A stretch of DNA of 64,000 nucleotides. It comes from Granulicatella adiacens. GTDB lineage: Bacteria; Bacillota; Bacilli; Lactobacillales; Aerococcaceae. The DNA lies in assembly GCA_018364485.1 (NCBI GenBank), contig JAGZLX010000001.1:435-64434 (forward strand), in the 5' to 3' direction. How positions within the stretch are numbered: the stretch's first letter is position 1; the number at the start of each line of letters is the position of its first letter. Below are positions 38,402-48,949 of this stretch, one piece after another. The notes below the pieces were generated by a model. The model saw only the letters and a list, made by a program, of their open reading frames with translations. It was not told where the DNA came from and searched no databases. The position numbers and the translations under genes are program-made.

Positions 38402-39040
38402 ATGCATGTAACAACAAAAAAGGAGTACATCGTGGACACTCAAAAAGCAATAGAACTCAATCGTAAAATCATTCGTATCGTAACGATTATCGGGATTATT
38501 TTAACGATTATTTTAGGATGGCTCGTGGCCAAGAATGATTATTTCGCGCTAGACGGACCGTTCCGTGAAAGCATTGCCCATTCAGGTTGGGTAGGGATTT
38601 TGATTTTTATCCTGATTCAAATTACCCAAGTGGTTTACCCGATTATTCCGGGAGGCTTAACTTGTGTCATCGGGCATATCGTATTCGGGCCTCTTTACGG
38701 CTGGATTTATAATTTTGTGGGAATCATGATTGGTTCTTGTATCAACTTCTGGTTAGCTCGTCGCTACGGTGAGACGTTGGCGAAGGCGTTCGTAGATGAT
38801 GATACGTACAATAAATACATCGGATATTTGGACAAAGGAAAACACTTCGAGCGCTTCTTCTTTTGGGCGCTGGTTCTTCCTGGGTTCCCAGATGACTTCC
38901 TATGTATGGTGGCAGGACTCAGTCATATGACCTTCAAGAAATTCGTCGCGATTTGTTTAGTCGCTAAACCAGTCACGCTATACGTTTATACACTGATTGC
39001 AGCAGAAGGTGTAGAAGCCTTCTTCAGACTATTTAATTAA
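38402..39040 (+). CDS. TVP38/TMEM64 (DedA-like, SNARE-associated) family membrane protein
   Basis: Multi-TM protein with the conserved glycine-rich re-entrant region (PIIPGGLTCVIGHIVFG). Confidence 0.7.
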   Translation: MHVTTKKEYIVDTQKAIELNRKIIRIVTIIGIILTIILGWLVAKNDYFALDGPFRESIAHSGWVGILIFILIQITQVVYPIIPGGLTCVIGHIVFGPLYGWIYNFVGIMIGSCINFWLARRYGETLAKAFVDDDTYNKYIGYLDKGKHFERFFFWALVLPGFPDDFLCMVAGLSHMTFKKFVAICLVAKPVTLYVYTLIAAEGVEAFFRLFN

Positions 39041-39055
39041 GAAAGCAGTATAGAG

Positions 39056-39340
39056 ATGAAAAAAATCATGATTGCACTCGTGCGTGGATATCAAAAGTGG
39101 ATTTCTCCCTTATTCCCACCTTCATGTATTTACAGACCCACCTGCTCGAGCTATATGATTCAGGCAGTTGAAAAACATGGCGCGCTAAAAGGCGTGTTGA
39201 TGGGGTGCGGACGCATTTGCAGATGCCATCCATTTATTCGCGGTGGCCAAGATCCGGTTCCAGACTATTTCACGCTTAGACGGAACAAGGATTACCGTAA
39301 GAAAATTATTGATGCCAGTAAACAGGACACAGCTGACTAG
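39056..39340 (+). CDS. yidD: membrane protein insertion efficiency factor YidD
   Basis: Conserved Cys pattern ([36 protein letters not shown]). Confidence 0.85.
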   Translation: MKKIMIALVRGYQKWISPLFPPSCIYRPTCSSYMIQAVEKHGALKGVLMGCGRICRCHPFIRGGQDPVPDYFTLRRNKDYRKKIIDASKQDTAD

Positions 39341-39432
39341 AAATAGTCGGCTGTTTTTGTTTCTAAGGATAAAAAGAAAAAGGAACAAGAGAATTTCTCT
39401 TGTACCTTGTCTGTTTTTATACAGATATCATT

Positions 39433-40161
39433 TTAGATAAAGTAACCTAAGTAGTAACGAACGAAGAATGCAGCACATACAGCACCAACGAATGGAGCAG
39501 TACCAGGTACTAATAATCCATATTGCCAGTCGTTATTTACTTTGTCTTTGATTGGTAATAATTGGTAAGCAAGACGAGGTCCTAAGTCACGAGCTTGGTT
39601 CATCGCGAATCCAGTTGTACCTCCAAGACCCATACCGACAGCCCATACGATTAAACCAACCACGATTGGTAATAATTGTTTGTTTACATTTTCAGTTGCT
39701 AAGATAGCTGATAAGAAAATGAAAGTTGCAAATGCTTCGACGAAGTAGTTACGTGGTAAGTTACGTAAGTTAGGGTTTGTTGAGAAGATGTTACGGATTG
39801 CGATTCCGTCTACTTGACCTTCAGAAGCTGTGAAGTGGTCTGCGTACATGAACCATACGATCACCGCACCAGCGAATGCGCCTAAGAATTCAGCGATAGC
39901 AACAGGGATGAATTGTTCTGCAGGAAGTACTCCTAAAACCACTTTAGCAAGCGCCATAGCAGGGTTGATACTTACACCACCAAAGATGAATAAAGTAACA
40001 GTGATACCGAATGCCCATGTTGTGATGGCGAATAAGTGACCTGTTCCAGCGTATTTTGTTTTCTTCAAGACGTCATCACAGTGTACGCCGACCCCGAAGA
40101 TAATCATGAGGGCTGTTCCCATAAATTCTGATAATAATAAATGCATAAATGTTTGATCCAT
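39433..40161 (-). CDS. larD: aquaglyceroporin (MIP family), LarD-like lactate channel by context
   Basis: MIP fold with an NPA motif (SINPAMALA); last gene of the larA-B-C operon, as in Lactobacillus plantarum larD. Confidence 0.75.
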   Translation of the reverse strand: MDQTFMHLLLSEFMGTALMIIFGVGVHCDDVLKKTKYAGTGHLFAITTWAFGITVTLFIFGGVSINPAMALAKVVLGVLPAEQFIPVAIAEFLGAFAGAVIVWFMYADHFTASEGQVDGIAIRNIFSTNPNLRNLPRNYFVEAFATFIFLSAILATENVNKQLLPIVVGLIVWAVGMGLGGTTGFAMNQARDLGPRLAYQLLPIKDKVNNDWQYGLLVPGTAPFVGAVCAAFFVRYYLGYFI

Positions 40162-40174
40162 TGGTTGATTCTCC

Positions 40175-41605
40175 TTAATGTAATTCTTTTGTTAATTGTT
40201 GATAGACGGCTTGAATCGATAATCCAGTTTCGTGGGCGATTCTAGCACAGTCTTCATATTCTAATGTTGATTTTGTAAAGGTACCGTATTGGTTTTTCTT
40301 TACTTTCACTTCTCCGAGGCTCGTTTGTTGAGTCTCGAAAGTGCGAGTCATGACTTTACGTTGAACGTTTTGATAACGAAAGCCAATCGTTGAAGTTTGT
40401 TCGAATAAAATGGCTGTAAACCGTTCGAGGTCTCCTTCTTGAATGAGAAGTGTGAGATGTGTTGCCGGACGGTTTTTCTTTGTGTAAACGGGAGTGTAGT
40501 GCACATCAAGCGCGCCTTCTTCTAATAAAAGGCTCATGATGTAACCAAGCTCTTCACCGCTTTGGTCATCGATGGTTGTATCGATTTGAATGATTTCATC
40601 GTTATTGGAAGTCACGACTTGATGAGAAAGTGAACTTTTCTCTAAGAGTGTTCCGCGTAACGCGTTGAATTTACCCGTGTCACGTTTTCCAAAACCGTAA
40701 CCGACTTTTGTAGCGGTTAGGTTTGAAGGTTGTGCAAATACTGGGCGAATGGCCTTAAAGAGAGCAAGGCCGGTTGGTGTCACAAGCTCTGTATGAATGT
40801 CAAAGTCTTGTGAGAATGGAATGGCAGTTCCGAGTCTTAATTGCATCACGGCAGGAACCGGTACAGGCATCACTCCATGTGCAACAGTAATTGTTCCGCT
40901 ACCTTCTGTGACAGCAGTGCTATAAACCGCATCAATGTCGAGTGTTTCCCATAAAATGAAGAAACTCATGATGTCGATGATAGAGTCTGTTGCGCCAACC
41001 TCGTGGAAGTGAATTTCCTCCACAGGCATTTGGTGTACGTTTGCTTCCGCTTGTGCGATGTCACGGAATACTTCCAAACTTTTTTCTTTTACAAAGTCAC
41101 TGACACCACTTGAAAGAATGATCGTTTCGATTTCTTTCAACCCACGAACTTCTCCGTGATGGTGATGATGACTATGTGTATGTTCATGAGAATGACCGTC
41201 ATGAGTATGTTCATGCTCATGATGATGATCGTGGTCATGTTCGTGTGAATGTTCATGCGTATGCTCATGAGAGTGAGTGTGTGCATGTGTGTGTTCTTCT
41301 TGCGTATGTGAATGAGCATGTGTATGTTCGTGCTCATGGTGATGTTCATGGCCGTGGTCGTGATGGTGATGATCAAAGTCGCCAGCGATTCCATGGTCTT
41401 TTTCACCGTGTTCCATATGCACATCGAAGTCTGTTCCCCAAATACTACTTTTCGCGATGCGGTCTACATGAAGATGATAACCGTCGAGCGAAATCGTCTT
41501 AAGGGCTTCTTCAAGATGCTTGCGGTCGGCTCCTAAATCGAGTAGAAGAGCATTTAGCATATCACCGCTCAGCCCAGAAAATGGTTCTAAATATAATGTG
41601 CTCAT
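40175..41605 (-). CDS. larC: pyridinium-3,5-bisthiocarboxylic acid mononucleotide nickel insertion protein LarC (DUF111), single fused ORF with an extended His-rich insert
   Basis: N-terminal LarC motifs ([22 protein letters not shown]) and a C-terminal domain. An approximately 80-aa His/Glu/Thr/Asp tract ([22 protein letters not shown]...HSHHHHHGE). Start overlaps the larB stop. Confidence 0.85.
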   Translation of the reverse strand: MSTLYLEPFSGLSGDMLNALLLDLGADRKHLEEALKTISLDGYHLHVDRIAKSSIWGTDFDVHMEHGEKDHGIAGDFDHHHHDHGHEHHHEHEHTHAHSHTQEEHTHAHTHSHEHTHEHSHEHDHDHHHEHEHTHDGHSHEHTHSHHHHHGEVRGLKEIETIILSSGVSDFVKEKSLEVFRDIAQAEANVHQMPVEEIHFHEVGATDSIIDIMSFFILWETLDIDAVYSTAVTEGSGTITVAHGVMPVPVPAVMQLRLGTAIPFSQDFDIHTELVTPTGLALFKAIRPVFAQPSNLTATKVGYGFGKRDTGKFNALRGTLLEKSSLSHQVVTSNNDEIIQIDTTIDDQSGEELGYIMSLLLEEGALDVHYTPVYTKKNRPATHLTLLIQEGDLERFTAILFEQTSTIGFRYQNVQRKVMTRTFETQQTSLGEVKVKKNQYGTFTKSTLEYEDCARIAHETGLSIQAVYQQLTKELH

Positions 41606-42378
41606 GCGAGTCCTCCTCGAATGTTGTTAATCATGCTTGCTGAATAGGCTGCGCCAAAACCGTTGTCGATGTTCACGACAGTAACGCCGCTTGCGCAAGA
41701 AGTCAGCATGCTGAGTAAAGTCGTCACGCCTTGAAGATTCGTTCCGTATCCGATGCTGGTTGGAACGGCAATCACAGGAACGTCTACTAAACCGCCAACG
41801 ACACTGACAAGAGCACCTTCCATACCGGCGATGACAATCACGACGCTAGCGCCTTGGATGTCTTCGAGACGATTGAAGAGGCGGTGAATCCCTGCCACTC
41901 CGACGTCGTAAATACGTTTGACGTGATTTCCGAATGTCTCAGCAGTGACAGCCGCTTCTTCGGCAACAGGAATGTCGCTTGTGCCCGCTGTTACGACTGC
42001 GATGTAGTGTTCATGTTTTGGTGCGATTGGGTTAAGGACGAAGGTACGTCCGAGTGGTTCATAGACGCCTTCAGGAAAAGCTTGTTTAAGAGCTTCCCCT
42101 TTTTCAGCGTTCACGCGTGTCGCAAGAATGGCTGTTTTATGCTCATTCATTGCACTGATGATGCCAATTAATTGTTCAATGTTTTTTCCTTCACCATAGA
42201 TGATTTCTGGAAATCCATTGCGCTTTTGGCGAGAAAGATCAATGGCCGCGTAACCAATGTCTTCAATCCCTTTCAAAAGGGTGGACGCTTCTTCAATCGA
42301 GAGGCGTCCATCTTTCACTTGTTGTAGAATTTCTTCTTGCTTCATATTATTTATCTTCAACGATAACAGATAATCCAT
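41602..42378 (-). CDS. larB: nicotinic acid adenine dinucleotide carboxylase/hydrolase LarB (PurE-like)
   Basis: PurE-like C-terminal domain ([19 protein letters not shown]...[11 protein letters not shown]) plus an N-terminal LarB extension. An alternative start at internal Met-12 (about 42345) would abut the larA stop. Confidence 0.85.
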   Translation of the reverse strand: MDYLLSLKINNMKQEEILQQVKDGRLSIEEASTLLKGIEDIGYAAIDLSRQKRNGFPEIIYGEGKNIEQLIGIISAMNEHKTAILATRVNAEKGEALKQAFPEGVYEPLGRTFVLNPIAPKHEHYIAVVTAGTSDIPVAEEAAVTAETFGNHVKRIYDVGVAGIHRLFNRLEDIQGASVVIVIAGMEGALVSVVGGLVDVPVIAVPTSIGYGTNLQGVTTLLSMLTSCASGVTVVNIDNGFGAAYSASMINNIRGGLA

Positions 42379-43627
42379 CGCGGATAACTGTTACTTTTGC
42401 GTCTGCTCCTTGAAGTTCGAAGGCACGTGCAAGAGCTTCGTCAAATGTTTTCGCTAATTCCATATGCATATTTGTGATAAGACTTGGTTCAACTAAGTCA
42501 GATACAAAGATTACATGGTGGTGCACTAGGATGCGCGCTAAGATTTGAGAAGTCCATTGGTCTGGAACTGTTTCAAGTCTTGGAGTGTTAATCGCTTGGT
42601 CTAAGAAGTCTTTAGGGTCTTTAACGTCTGCTAAGTTACGGTAGAAACCTTCACCACCGTGACCATCTTGACATCCAGCAACCATGATGATTACGCCGCC
42701 TTCTTTATTTGTTGCTTCAGCAGCAGTCATACCTTTAACAGCTTGGTAGATGTTTTGGTCTAATGGGAAACCACCATTTGTTGAAACGGCGATGTCGCAA
42801 GGGATTTTAGTTACATGAGCTAATTCACGAACGAATTCGCAACCTACTTTATGTGCTTCAACCATGTCTCCGGCAAATGAACCGATGATATGTTTTTCAC
42901 CATCTAATACAACGTTTACGATGAAGGCTAAGTTTGCAGTACGTGCTGCATATAACATATCTTCGTGGATTGGGTTGTGGTCTAAGTTACCAGTACGTGA
43001 TTTGTCTGAGTCGATAAAGTCACCACTGTGGTTTGCCATGATTGTTTTATATGAAGCAACCCCAGGAAGAACTGATTTACGTCCGCCAGAGAATCCAGCG
43101 AAGAAGTGGCTTTCGATAAATCCTTCAGCGATTAGTAAGTCTGCTTCAGCAGCGATACGGTTGATGATGCAGTCACCACCTGAAGGTAATTGACCGATTT
43201 TAACCATGTCTTCGTCGTTTGTTGAAATGTGCATTACGATTTCTTCGTTGTCCACGATTTCTTGACCGTATTTGTTAATTAACTCTTCACGAGTTGAAGG
43301 ACGGTGGAAACCAGTCGCAACTAAAATACGGATACGAGCGTCTGGGTTTACGCTACGGATACGACGTAAAATGATTGGTGTAATGATATGTGAAGGAACT
43401 GGACGTGTATGGTCAGAACTGATTAACACGATATCTTTTTTACCTTTTGCTAATTCTTCTAATGTTTGGCTACCAATTGGGTTATCCATTGATTTTTCCA
43501 CTGTTTCTTGTTCAGAAAGTGGGTTGTGATAGTTTTCAGCTTTTGATTCAAGTAATCCAGCAAAGTTTTTGTCAGGAATTACAGCAGTAATAGATTTTTT
43601 GTCATAAGGTAGTTTGATTTCAACCAT
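42347..43627 (-). CDS. larA: nickel-dependent lactate racemase LarA (DUF2088)
   Basis: 426 aa; LarA motifs ([30 protein letters not shown], and the Ni-pincer-tethering Lys region). Confidence 0.9.
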   Translation of the reverse strand: MVEIKLPYDKKSITAVIPDKNFAGLLESKAENYHNPLSEQETVEKSMDNPIGSQTLEELAKGKKDIVLISSDHTRPVPSHIITPIILRRIRSVNPDARIRILVATGFHRPSTREELINKYGQEIVDNEEIVMHISTNDEDMVKIGQLPSGGDCIINRIAAEADLLIAEGFIESHFFAGFSGGRKSVLPGVASYKTIMANHSGDFIDSDKSRTGNLDHNPIHEDMLYAARTANLAFIVNVVLDGEKHIIGSFAGDMVEAHKVGCEFVRELAHVTKIPCDIAVSTNGGFPLDQNIYQAVKGMTAAEATNKEGGVIIMVAGCQDGHGGEGFYRNLADVKDPKDFLDQAINTPRLETVPDQWTSQILARILVHHHVIFVSDLVEPSLITNMHMELAKTFDEALARAFELQGADAKVTVIRDGLSVIVEDK

Positions 43628-43734
43628 GATAACATCTCCTTAAAATTTTAATACGATTATAAGTATACATAAAAAAGTGCACTCGGAAGTCTCAAACGTT
43701 AGTAACATTTGTTAACGTCATTTTCTGTGATAAG

Positions 43735-44448
43735 ATGATAATAGTGTGTATAGGAATTTACGTTAGAGGAGTGTTCAATTTGAACAGCGAAGAATATTTA
43801 ATTCAATTTTTAGAAAAAGAAAATACCCCTATTATAAAGAAGAAAAAACATATGTACCTTGCTTATCGTGGGTTAGAACAAGCATATACGTATGTGTTAA
43901 TCGATGGGTTTGTAAAGACAAGTATCATTATGAAGGATGGTCGCGAGTTTAATTTAGAGTATGTGACACCGGTCGATATCGTTTCATTAGTGCGTGACGA
44001 AGTATCTAATTATACCTCAGCGCCGTTTAATGTCCGTATCGAAAGCGAGGAAGCAACGTTCTACCGTATTCCACGTATTAAGTTTTGGGAATACGTGAAA
44101 AACGACCAACAGTTGCAAGATTACGTGCGTGAATATTACCGTAATAAATTATCGGAAACCATCGAGTCGTTGCAATATATGACGATGAATGGGAAAAAAG
44201 GAGCAGTGTGTTCCTTCCTATATAAATTGATGAATCAATTTGGGGTAGACGCTGAAGGTGGAATTCTCATTGATTTCAACGTTACGAATGAGGACATCGC
44301 AGGATTTTGCGGAATCTCTACTCGTAATAGTGTAAACCGTATTATTCATGACCTTAAAGAAGAAGGCGTGGTTAAAATCCACAATCAAAAATTAGTGGTA
44401 TTAGATAAAGCTTATTTAGAAGAATTTACAGGACGCGAAAGCTTTTAA
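43735..44448 (+). CDS. larR: Crp/Fnr-family transcriptional regulator (LarR-like), divergent from larA
   Basis: cNMP-binding-like beta-roll and a C-terminal HTH (DIAGFCGISTRNSVNRIIHDLKEEG). A TTG at about 43780 with SD GAGGAG may be the real start. Confidence 0.7.
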   Translation: MIIVCIGIYVRGVFNLNSEEYLIQFLEKENTPIIKKKKHMYLAYRGLEQAYTYVLIDGFVKTSIIMKDGREFNLEYVTPVDIVSLVRDEVSNYTSAPFNVRIESEEATFYRIPRIKFWEYVKNDQQLQDYVREYYRNKLSETIESLQYMTMNGKKGAVCSFLYKLMNQFGVDAEGGILIDFNVTNEDIAGFCGISTRNSVNRIIHDLKEEGVVKIHNQKLVVLDKAYLEEFTGRESF

Positions 44449-44469
44449 TAAAGAAAGAAGGAACCGAGA

Positions 44470-45294
44470 ATGGATGAAAAAGAAGCACGATTACGCGAAT
44501 TGCTGAAGGAAGTTGGGAAAATCGTTGTCCCATATTCAGGCGGGATTGATAGTAGTTACCTATTAAAAATCGCCGTGGATACACTTGGACGTGACAATGT
44601 CATCGCAGCAGTAGTGAACTCTGAGTTATTCTCAGACCGTGAATTTAGTGAAGCAATTGACCTTGGAACGGAAATGGGCGCGCGTGTGCTAGGGCTTGAA
44701 ATGGAAGAACTATCCGATCCACATATCGCCTCAAATACACCAAACAGCTGGTATTATAGTAAGAAAATGCTCTATCAAACGATTAAAAAGAATGTAGAGA
44801 GCGAAGGGTTTACCGTGCTTTCAGATGGGTTAATTATGGATGACATCAATGATTATCGCCCAGGTGTGAAGGCGCGTAATGAAGAAGGCGTACGTAGTCT
44901 CTTGCAAGAAGCTGGATTATATAAATCAGAAATTCGTGAGTTAGCCAAACGTGCAGGTGTTACCAACTGGAACAAAACTCCTTCATGCAGTTTAGCGTCT
45001 CGTTTCCCATACGGAACACGCATCACTCCTGAAAAAGTAGAAGCAGTCTTCAAAGCGGAAGAATACTTCACGAAGCGTGGATTTGAACCAGTACGTGTTC
45101 GCGTACATCAAGACTTAGCGCGTATCGAAGTCGGCGCAGACCAAATCGAAAAACTCGTGAAGAATCATGAAGAAATTAACGCGATGATGCAAGACTTAGG
45201 GTTCTTATTTGTAACAGTCGACCTTCAAGGGTATAAATACGGCCGTATGAACGACCAACTCGACGAAAAGACAAAGAAAGCAGCGGTAGAATAA
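44470..45294 (+). CDS. larE: ATP-dependent sacrificial sulfur transferase LarE (PP-loop ATP pyrophosphatase)
   Basis: PP-loop SGGxDS (VVPYSGGIDSSYLL) and a conserved Cys region; 274 aa. Confidence 0.85.
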   Translation: MDEKEARLRELLKEVGKIVVPYSGGIDSSYLLKIAVDTLGRDNVIAAVVNSELFSDREFSEAIDLGTEMGARVLGLEMEELSDPHIASNTPNSWYYSKKMLYQTIKKNVESEGFTVLSDGLIMDDINDYRPGVKARNEEGVRSLLQEAGLYKSEIRELAKRAGVTNWNKTPSCSLASRFPYGTRITPEKVEAVFKAEEYFTKRGFEPVRVRVHQDLARIEVGADQIEKLVKNHEEINAMMQDLGFLFVTVDLQGYKYGRMNDQLDEKTKKAAVE

Positions 45295-45830
45295 TGATAG
45301 TAACTCCTCAAGAGGTTCTAGATTTCTGGTTTGTGGAATGTGAGCCTGCCGATTGGTTTAAGAAATCAGAGGAATTCGATCATGAAATTCGCACGCGTTT
45401 TCTAGAAACTTACGAAGCGATTGTTGCAGGGGAAACTACCGAATGGCGTCGTAGTGCAAAAGGACGCCTGGCAGAAATTATCGTGCTAGATCAATTTTCT
45501 AGAAATATGTTTAGGGATGATGCTAAGGCGTTTGCTTCAGATGCATTAGCAGTGGTTCTTGCCAAAGAGGCAATGTCTCTTTGGGATGAGTTTTCAATTC
45601 AAGAACGTAGCTTTGTCGTGATGCCGTTCATGCATTCAGAAGCATTAGCCGTGCATGATTGGGCGGCAAAATGGTTTGACGAACCAGGGCTTGAGCGTCG
45701 TAAGAAATATGAACTCATGCACCGTGAAATCATTGAACGATTCGGACGCTATCCGCACAGGAATCGAGTACTTGGAAGAACTTCCACTCATGAAGAAGAA
45801 GCATTCCTACAAGAACATCCAGGGTTTTAA
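45294..45830 (+). CDS. DUF924-family protein
   Basis: Signature FWF...WF...FD..IR.RF...LDQFSRN.FR...AF..D..A...MHSE....H......RFGRYPHRN..LGR.ST.EE..FL; ATGA overlap with the larE stop. Confidence 0.7.
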   Translation: MIVTPQEVLDFWFVECEPADWFKKSEEFDHEIRTRFLETYEAIVAGETTEWRRSAKGRLAEIIVLDQFSRNMFRDDAKAFASDALAVVLAKEAMSLWDEFSIQERSFVVMPFMHSEALAVHDWAAKWFDEPGLERRKKYELMHREIIERFGRYPHRNRVLGRTSTHEEEAFLQEHPGF

Positions 45831-45831
45831 C

Positions 45832-45860
45832 AAAAAGAGTCCAAGCGACTCTTTTTTTAT
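45832..45860 (+). terminator. rho-independent terminator
   Basis: aaaaagagtccaagcgactcttttttt. Confidence 0.7.
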
Positions 45861-45894
45861 TGCACGAATCAAAAAAGAAGAGTAGCCGGCATAT

Positions 45895-46153
45895 ATGATT
45901 TCTACGAATCCTCACGGATTTCTTCATAGTAGCTGTAACGTTGTACCGGTTCGAGCCAAAGTCTCTCACCTTTAAAGCCTCAAAGAGGGCGTACGGATTA
46001 TAAATCCTACGCCCTCTTAGCACAGTGGTTGAATGGAATGAGTTTCGCTGTAAACAGCTATCTCATTCCATTCAACTTTCTGTCTTTCTCCCTCGTTTTA
46101 ATACGTATTCACGTTACTGCTACTATAGAATTCCGTGAATTCTCCAAAATCAT
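45895..46153. repeat. palindromic MITE-like intergenic repeat, copy 4 (long, inverted orientation)
   Basis: Terminal inverted repeats atgatttctacgaatcctcacggatttcttcatagtagctgtaacgttg / cacgttactgctactatagaattccgtgaattctccaaaatcat. Contains the reverse complement of the copy-3 inner modules plus an extra hairpin module (ggttgaatggaatgag...ctcattccattcaac). Confidence 0.8.
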
Positions 46154-46175
46154 TTAAACTGAGTCTACTCTCTTT

Positions 46176-47441
46176 TTAGAATCCGATTAAGTAAAGGATC
46201 GTTGCGACGATTGTGCTTGATAAACCAACGATGGCTTCATAAGGGATTAATTTCATACGATCTTCAATCGCCATGAAGACAGAACCGCCTGTTGCATGGA
46301 AGAATGAACCGTGTGGAAGTGAGTCGAGCACCGTTGCCCCTGCGTGAATCATCGCTGCTGCAGACACGGCTGGAACGCCTGCTGCTGTCAATGGGCCAGA
46401 GAAGGTTTGAGACGCGATGGTTGAACCAGCAGTTGTTGAAGCTGTCGCAGCCCCCATTAAAATACCAGAAAGTGGAGCTAAGACGAAGGCTGGCATGTTC
46501 ATTGCTTCAAGAAGAGCAATCATATCGACTTGCAATGCAGAAGCCTTGATAATTCCAGCGATGGTACCCGTACCGATTAATAGAATCGATACACCGATCA
46601 CTTTGCTAAGACCGAATTCAGTGAATTCAACCGTGTTTTTCGCATGACCAGTTACAACAATCGTCACTAAACCACCAAGAGGAAGTGCGATTAATGGGTC
46701 CACGCTAATTCCAGCAATTGAGCGAAGTGCAAGAAGGGCGATTACAACGATTGGTCCAAGCATGGCTTTGAAGAAAGAGAGAGACACGCCGCTTGTTCCA
46801 GATTCGTCAATACCGTCAAATTCATGTGCGCCGCCTTTTTTAGCAAGGAGTCCAGCAAGAATAATCGCTACGAATAATGCGACAAAGGCAGGAATTAAGT
46901 TTTTCACCATCAACGCTGTAAGGTCGATTCCGAACGCTTCGGATGCGGCAATCGTATTCGGGTTTGGTGAAATGATGTTACCCGCTTTACCGCCACCGAT
47001 CATCGCTAATAAAATCCCTGCTTTAGAAAGATTTGCTTTTTTCGCGATGGCGATGGCAATTGGAGCTACTGTGATAACGGCGATATCGATGAAGACTCCA
47101 ACGGCACAAATAATCATTGTGGCAATCGCAATCGCGGCAATCGCACGTTTTTGGCCGAGTTTCTTCACAATAGTATCGGCAATCGTTTCAGCCGAGCCTG
47201 TCTTAATTAACGCGCCGGCTAAAATCCCACTTGTCATGATACGAAGAACAGGAGACATCATGCTTTGTGCGCCAGTAACCATGGCTTTTACAGTATCCGC
47301 AAGTCCGCCACCACCAATTAATCCGCCGATAAGAGCGCCGAAGATTAAACTGTAGGCCGGATGAACTTTCTTAACAATCAAAATAATGGCAAGTACGAGC
47401 CCGATTAAGGCCCCTAATGTTGAAAAGGTTGGTGCTGTCAT
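46176..47441 (-). CDS. GntP-family permease (gluconate/glycerate:H+ symporter)
   Basis: 421 aa, about 12 TM segments, GntP N-terminal signature; downstream of the glycerate kinase. Confidence 0.85.
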   Translation of the reverse strand: MTAPTFSTLGALIGLVLAIILIVKKVHPAYSLIFGALIGGLIGGGGLADTVKAMVTGAQSMMSPVLRIMTSGILAGALIKTGSAETIADTIVKKLGQKRAIAAIAIATMIICAVGVFIDIAVITVAPIAIAIAKKANLSKAGILLAMIGGGKAGNIISPNPNTIAASEAFGIDLTALMVKNLIPAFVALFVAIILAGLLAKKGGAHEFDGIDESGTSGVSLSFFKAMLGPIVVIALLALRSIAGISVDPLIALPLGGLVTIVVTGHAKNTVEFTEFGLSKVIGVSILLIGTGTIAGIIKASALQVDMIALLEAMNMPAFVLAPLSGILMGAATASTTAGSTIASQTFSGPLTAAGVPAVSAAAMIHAGATVLDSLPHGSFFHATGGSVFMAIEDRMKLIPYEAIVGLSSTIVATILYLIGF

Positions 47442-47453
47442 TTTAGTTTCCTC

Positions 47454-48611
47454 CTATTGAATTGATTGAATTAAACGAAATACTTGTTCCACGCTGCGAA
47501 TCATATTTTCGCGCGCAGTTTCTTTTTCCATTGCTTCTTGAACGGTAATGACTCTTCGCAAAATTGGGAAGAAAGCATCAATTCCGTTCTCGTTACATAC
47601 CCCTGCGTCTGGTGTGAGGCATCCTGCAAAGGCGAGTACTTTCTTGTCGTGTTTTTTCGCAAGATGAGCCACGCCGATTGGAGCTTTACCAAGAGCTGTT
47701 TGACTATCTAAGCGTCCTTCACCGGTGATAACAAAGTCGGCATCCTTCATTTCTTCTTCGAGTCCTGTTTCCTCGAGGACAATCTTAATGCCGCTCTCAA
47801 GAACCGCATTTGTATAAGTGAGAAACGCAAATCCCATTCCTCCGGCTGCACCCGTACCTGGGTAGAGGCGGTCGGCATGGTCAAAGGTTTCTTTCGATAA
47901 TTCGGCGTAGTGGAGAAGCGCCTCGTCGAGTTCCTTCACCATTTCTGGAGTTGCTCCTTTTTGTGGACCGTAAATGGCACTCGAGCCCATCGGACCACAG
48001 AGCGGATTCGTTACGTCACATGCCACGCGGAAAGTACAGTCTTTTAATTCTGGCAAGACATTTTCAGCCTGGATACGAGCAATCGATTGAAGACCCGCGC
48101 CTCCGTATGCAACAGGAGCGCCGTCCTTATCTAGGAAATCATATCCGAGCGCTTGCAGCATCCCGATACCACCATCGTTTGTGGCACTTCCTCCGATTCC
48201 CACGATAAAATGACGACAACCATTATCGATGGCATCTTTAATTAATTCGCCGACACCGAATGTTGTAGTATGCATTGGATTGCGTTTTTCATCTGGAACT
48301 AGCGTAATCCCTGCGGCTGCAGACATTTCGATGATCGCTGTTTTTGGACGCGTCCCGTCCGCTTTTAAGATTCCGTATTCGGCAGTTACCGGTTGTCCTA
48401 ATGGGCCAGTGACGCTCACATGAACGAGTTCACCTCCCATCCCGATGGCTAATGCTTCGACCGTTCCTTCACCACCATCCGCGAGTGGGCGAACAACCAC
48501 ATCGGCTTCAGGATAGACGACCTGAACCCCTTCTTTGATGGCCTGACCCGCTTCCAGTGAAGACAAGCTCCCTTTTAGTGAATCGATCGCAACGACTACT
48601 TTCATTTTCAT
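47454..48611 (-). CDS. glxK: glycerate kinase (GlxK/GarK family)
   Basis: MKMKVVVAIDSLKGSLSSLEAG N-terminus and the C-terminal GGSATNDGGIGMLQALG motif. Confidence 0.9.
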   Translation of the reverse strand: MKMKVVVAIDSLKGSLSSLEAGQAIKEGVQVVYPEADVVVRPLADGGEGTVEALAIGMGGELVHVSVTGPLGQPVTAEYGILKADGTRPKTAIIEMSAAAGITLVPDEKRNPMHTTTFGVGELIKDAIDNGCRHFIVGIGGSATNDGGIGMLQALGYDFLDKDGAPVAYGGAGLQSIARIQAENVLPELKDCTFRVACDVTNPLCGPMGSSAIYGPQKGATPEMVKELDEALLHYAELSKETFDHADRLYPGTGAAGGMGFAFLTYTNAVLESGIKIVLEETGLEEEMKDADFVITGEGRLDSQTALGKAPIGVAHLAKKHDKKVLAFAGCLTPDAGVCNENGIDAFFPILRRVITVQEAMEKETARENMIRSVEQVFRLIQSIQ

Positions 48612-48949
48612 CCCTCCTTATTGTTGTAAAATCATTATATCAAGCGCTTACAATCAAAATTGTTGCGAAAAATAGGAAAAAATATGAATTTGAAAAAGAT
48701 AAAAACGAAGGGGATTGGTTTCATTCTGTCAGGGTGATTTTTTCGAATATTACAACGCTGTAATACACAAAAAAATGACGAATCGCATAGGGGTGGGAAT
48801 GTGCAAAAATGCTCGAACAAAAACCGAATATGAGATTAAAAAATCCTTCCTATTTTGTAATAAAAGATTAATCAGTTTACCATTGTTTTTCGACTTATTT
48901 TTCGGTAACATTAATAAGCAGATTTGAGAGAAATTAGGAGATATACATA

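Noticed and set aside
41137-41536. Overlapping ORFs on both strands in the LarC His-rich region (for example a His/Met/Ile-rich 95-aa ORF and Val/His-rich ORFs)
   Set aside because: They arise from the repetitive CAT/CAC/GTG codon tract. The larC frame is continuous and carries conserved LarC N- and C-terminal domains.
46292-47355. Plus-strand ORFs (85, 76 and 197 aa) antisense to the GntP permease gene
   Set aside because: They are antisense translations of a hydrophobic permease gene (Ala/Ile/Pro-rich) with no independent support.
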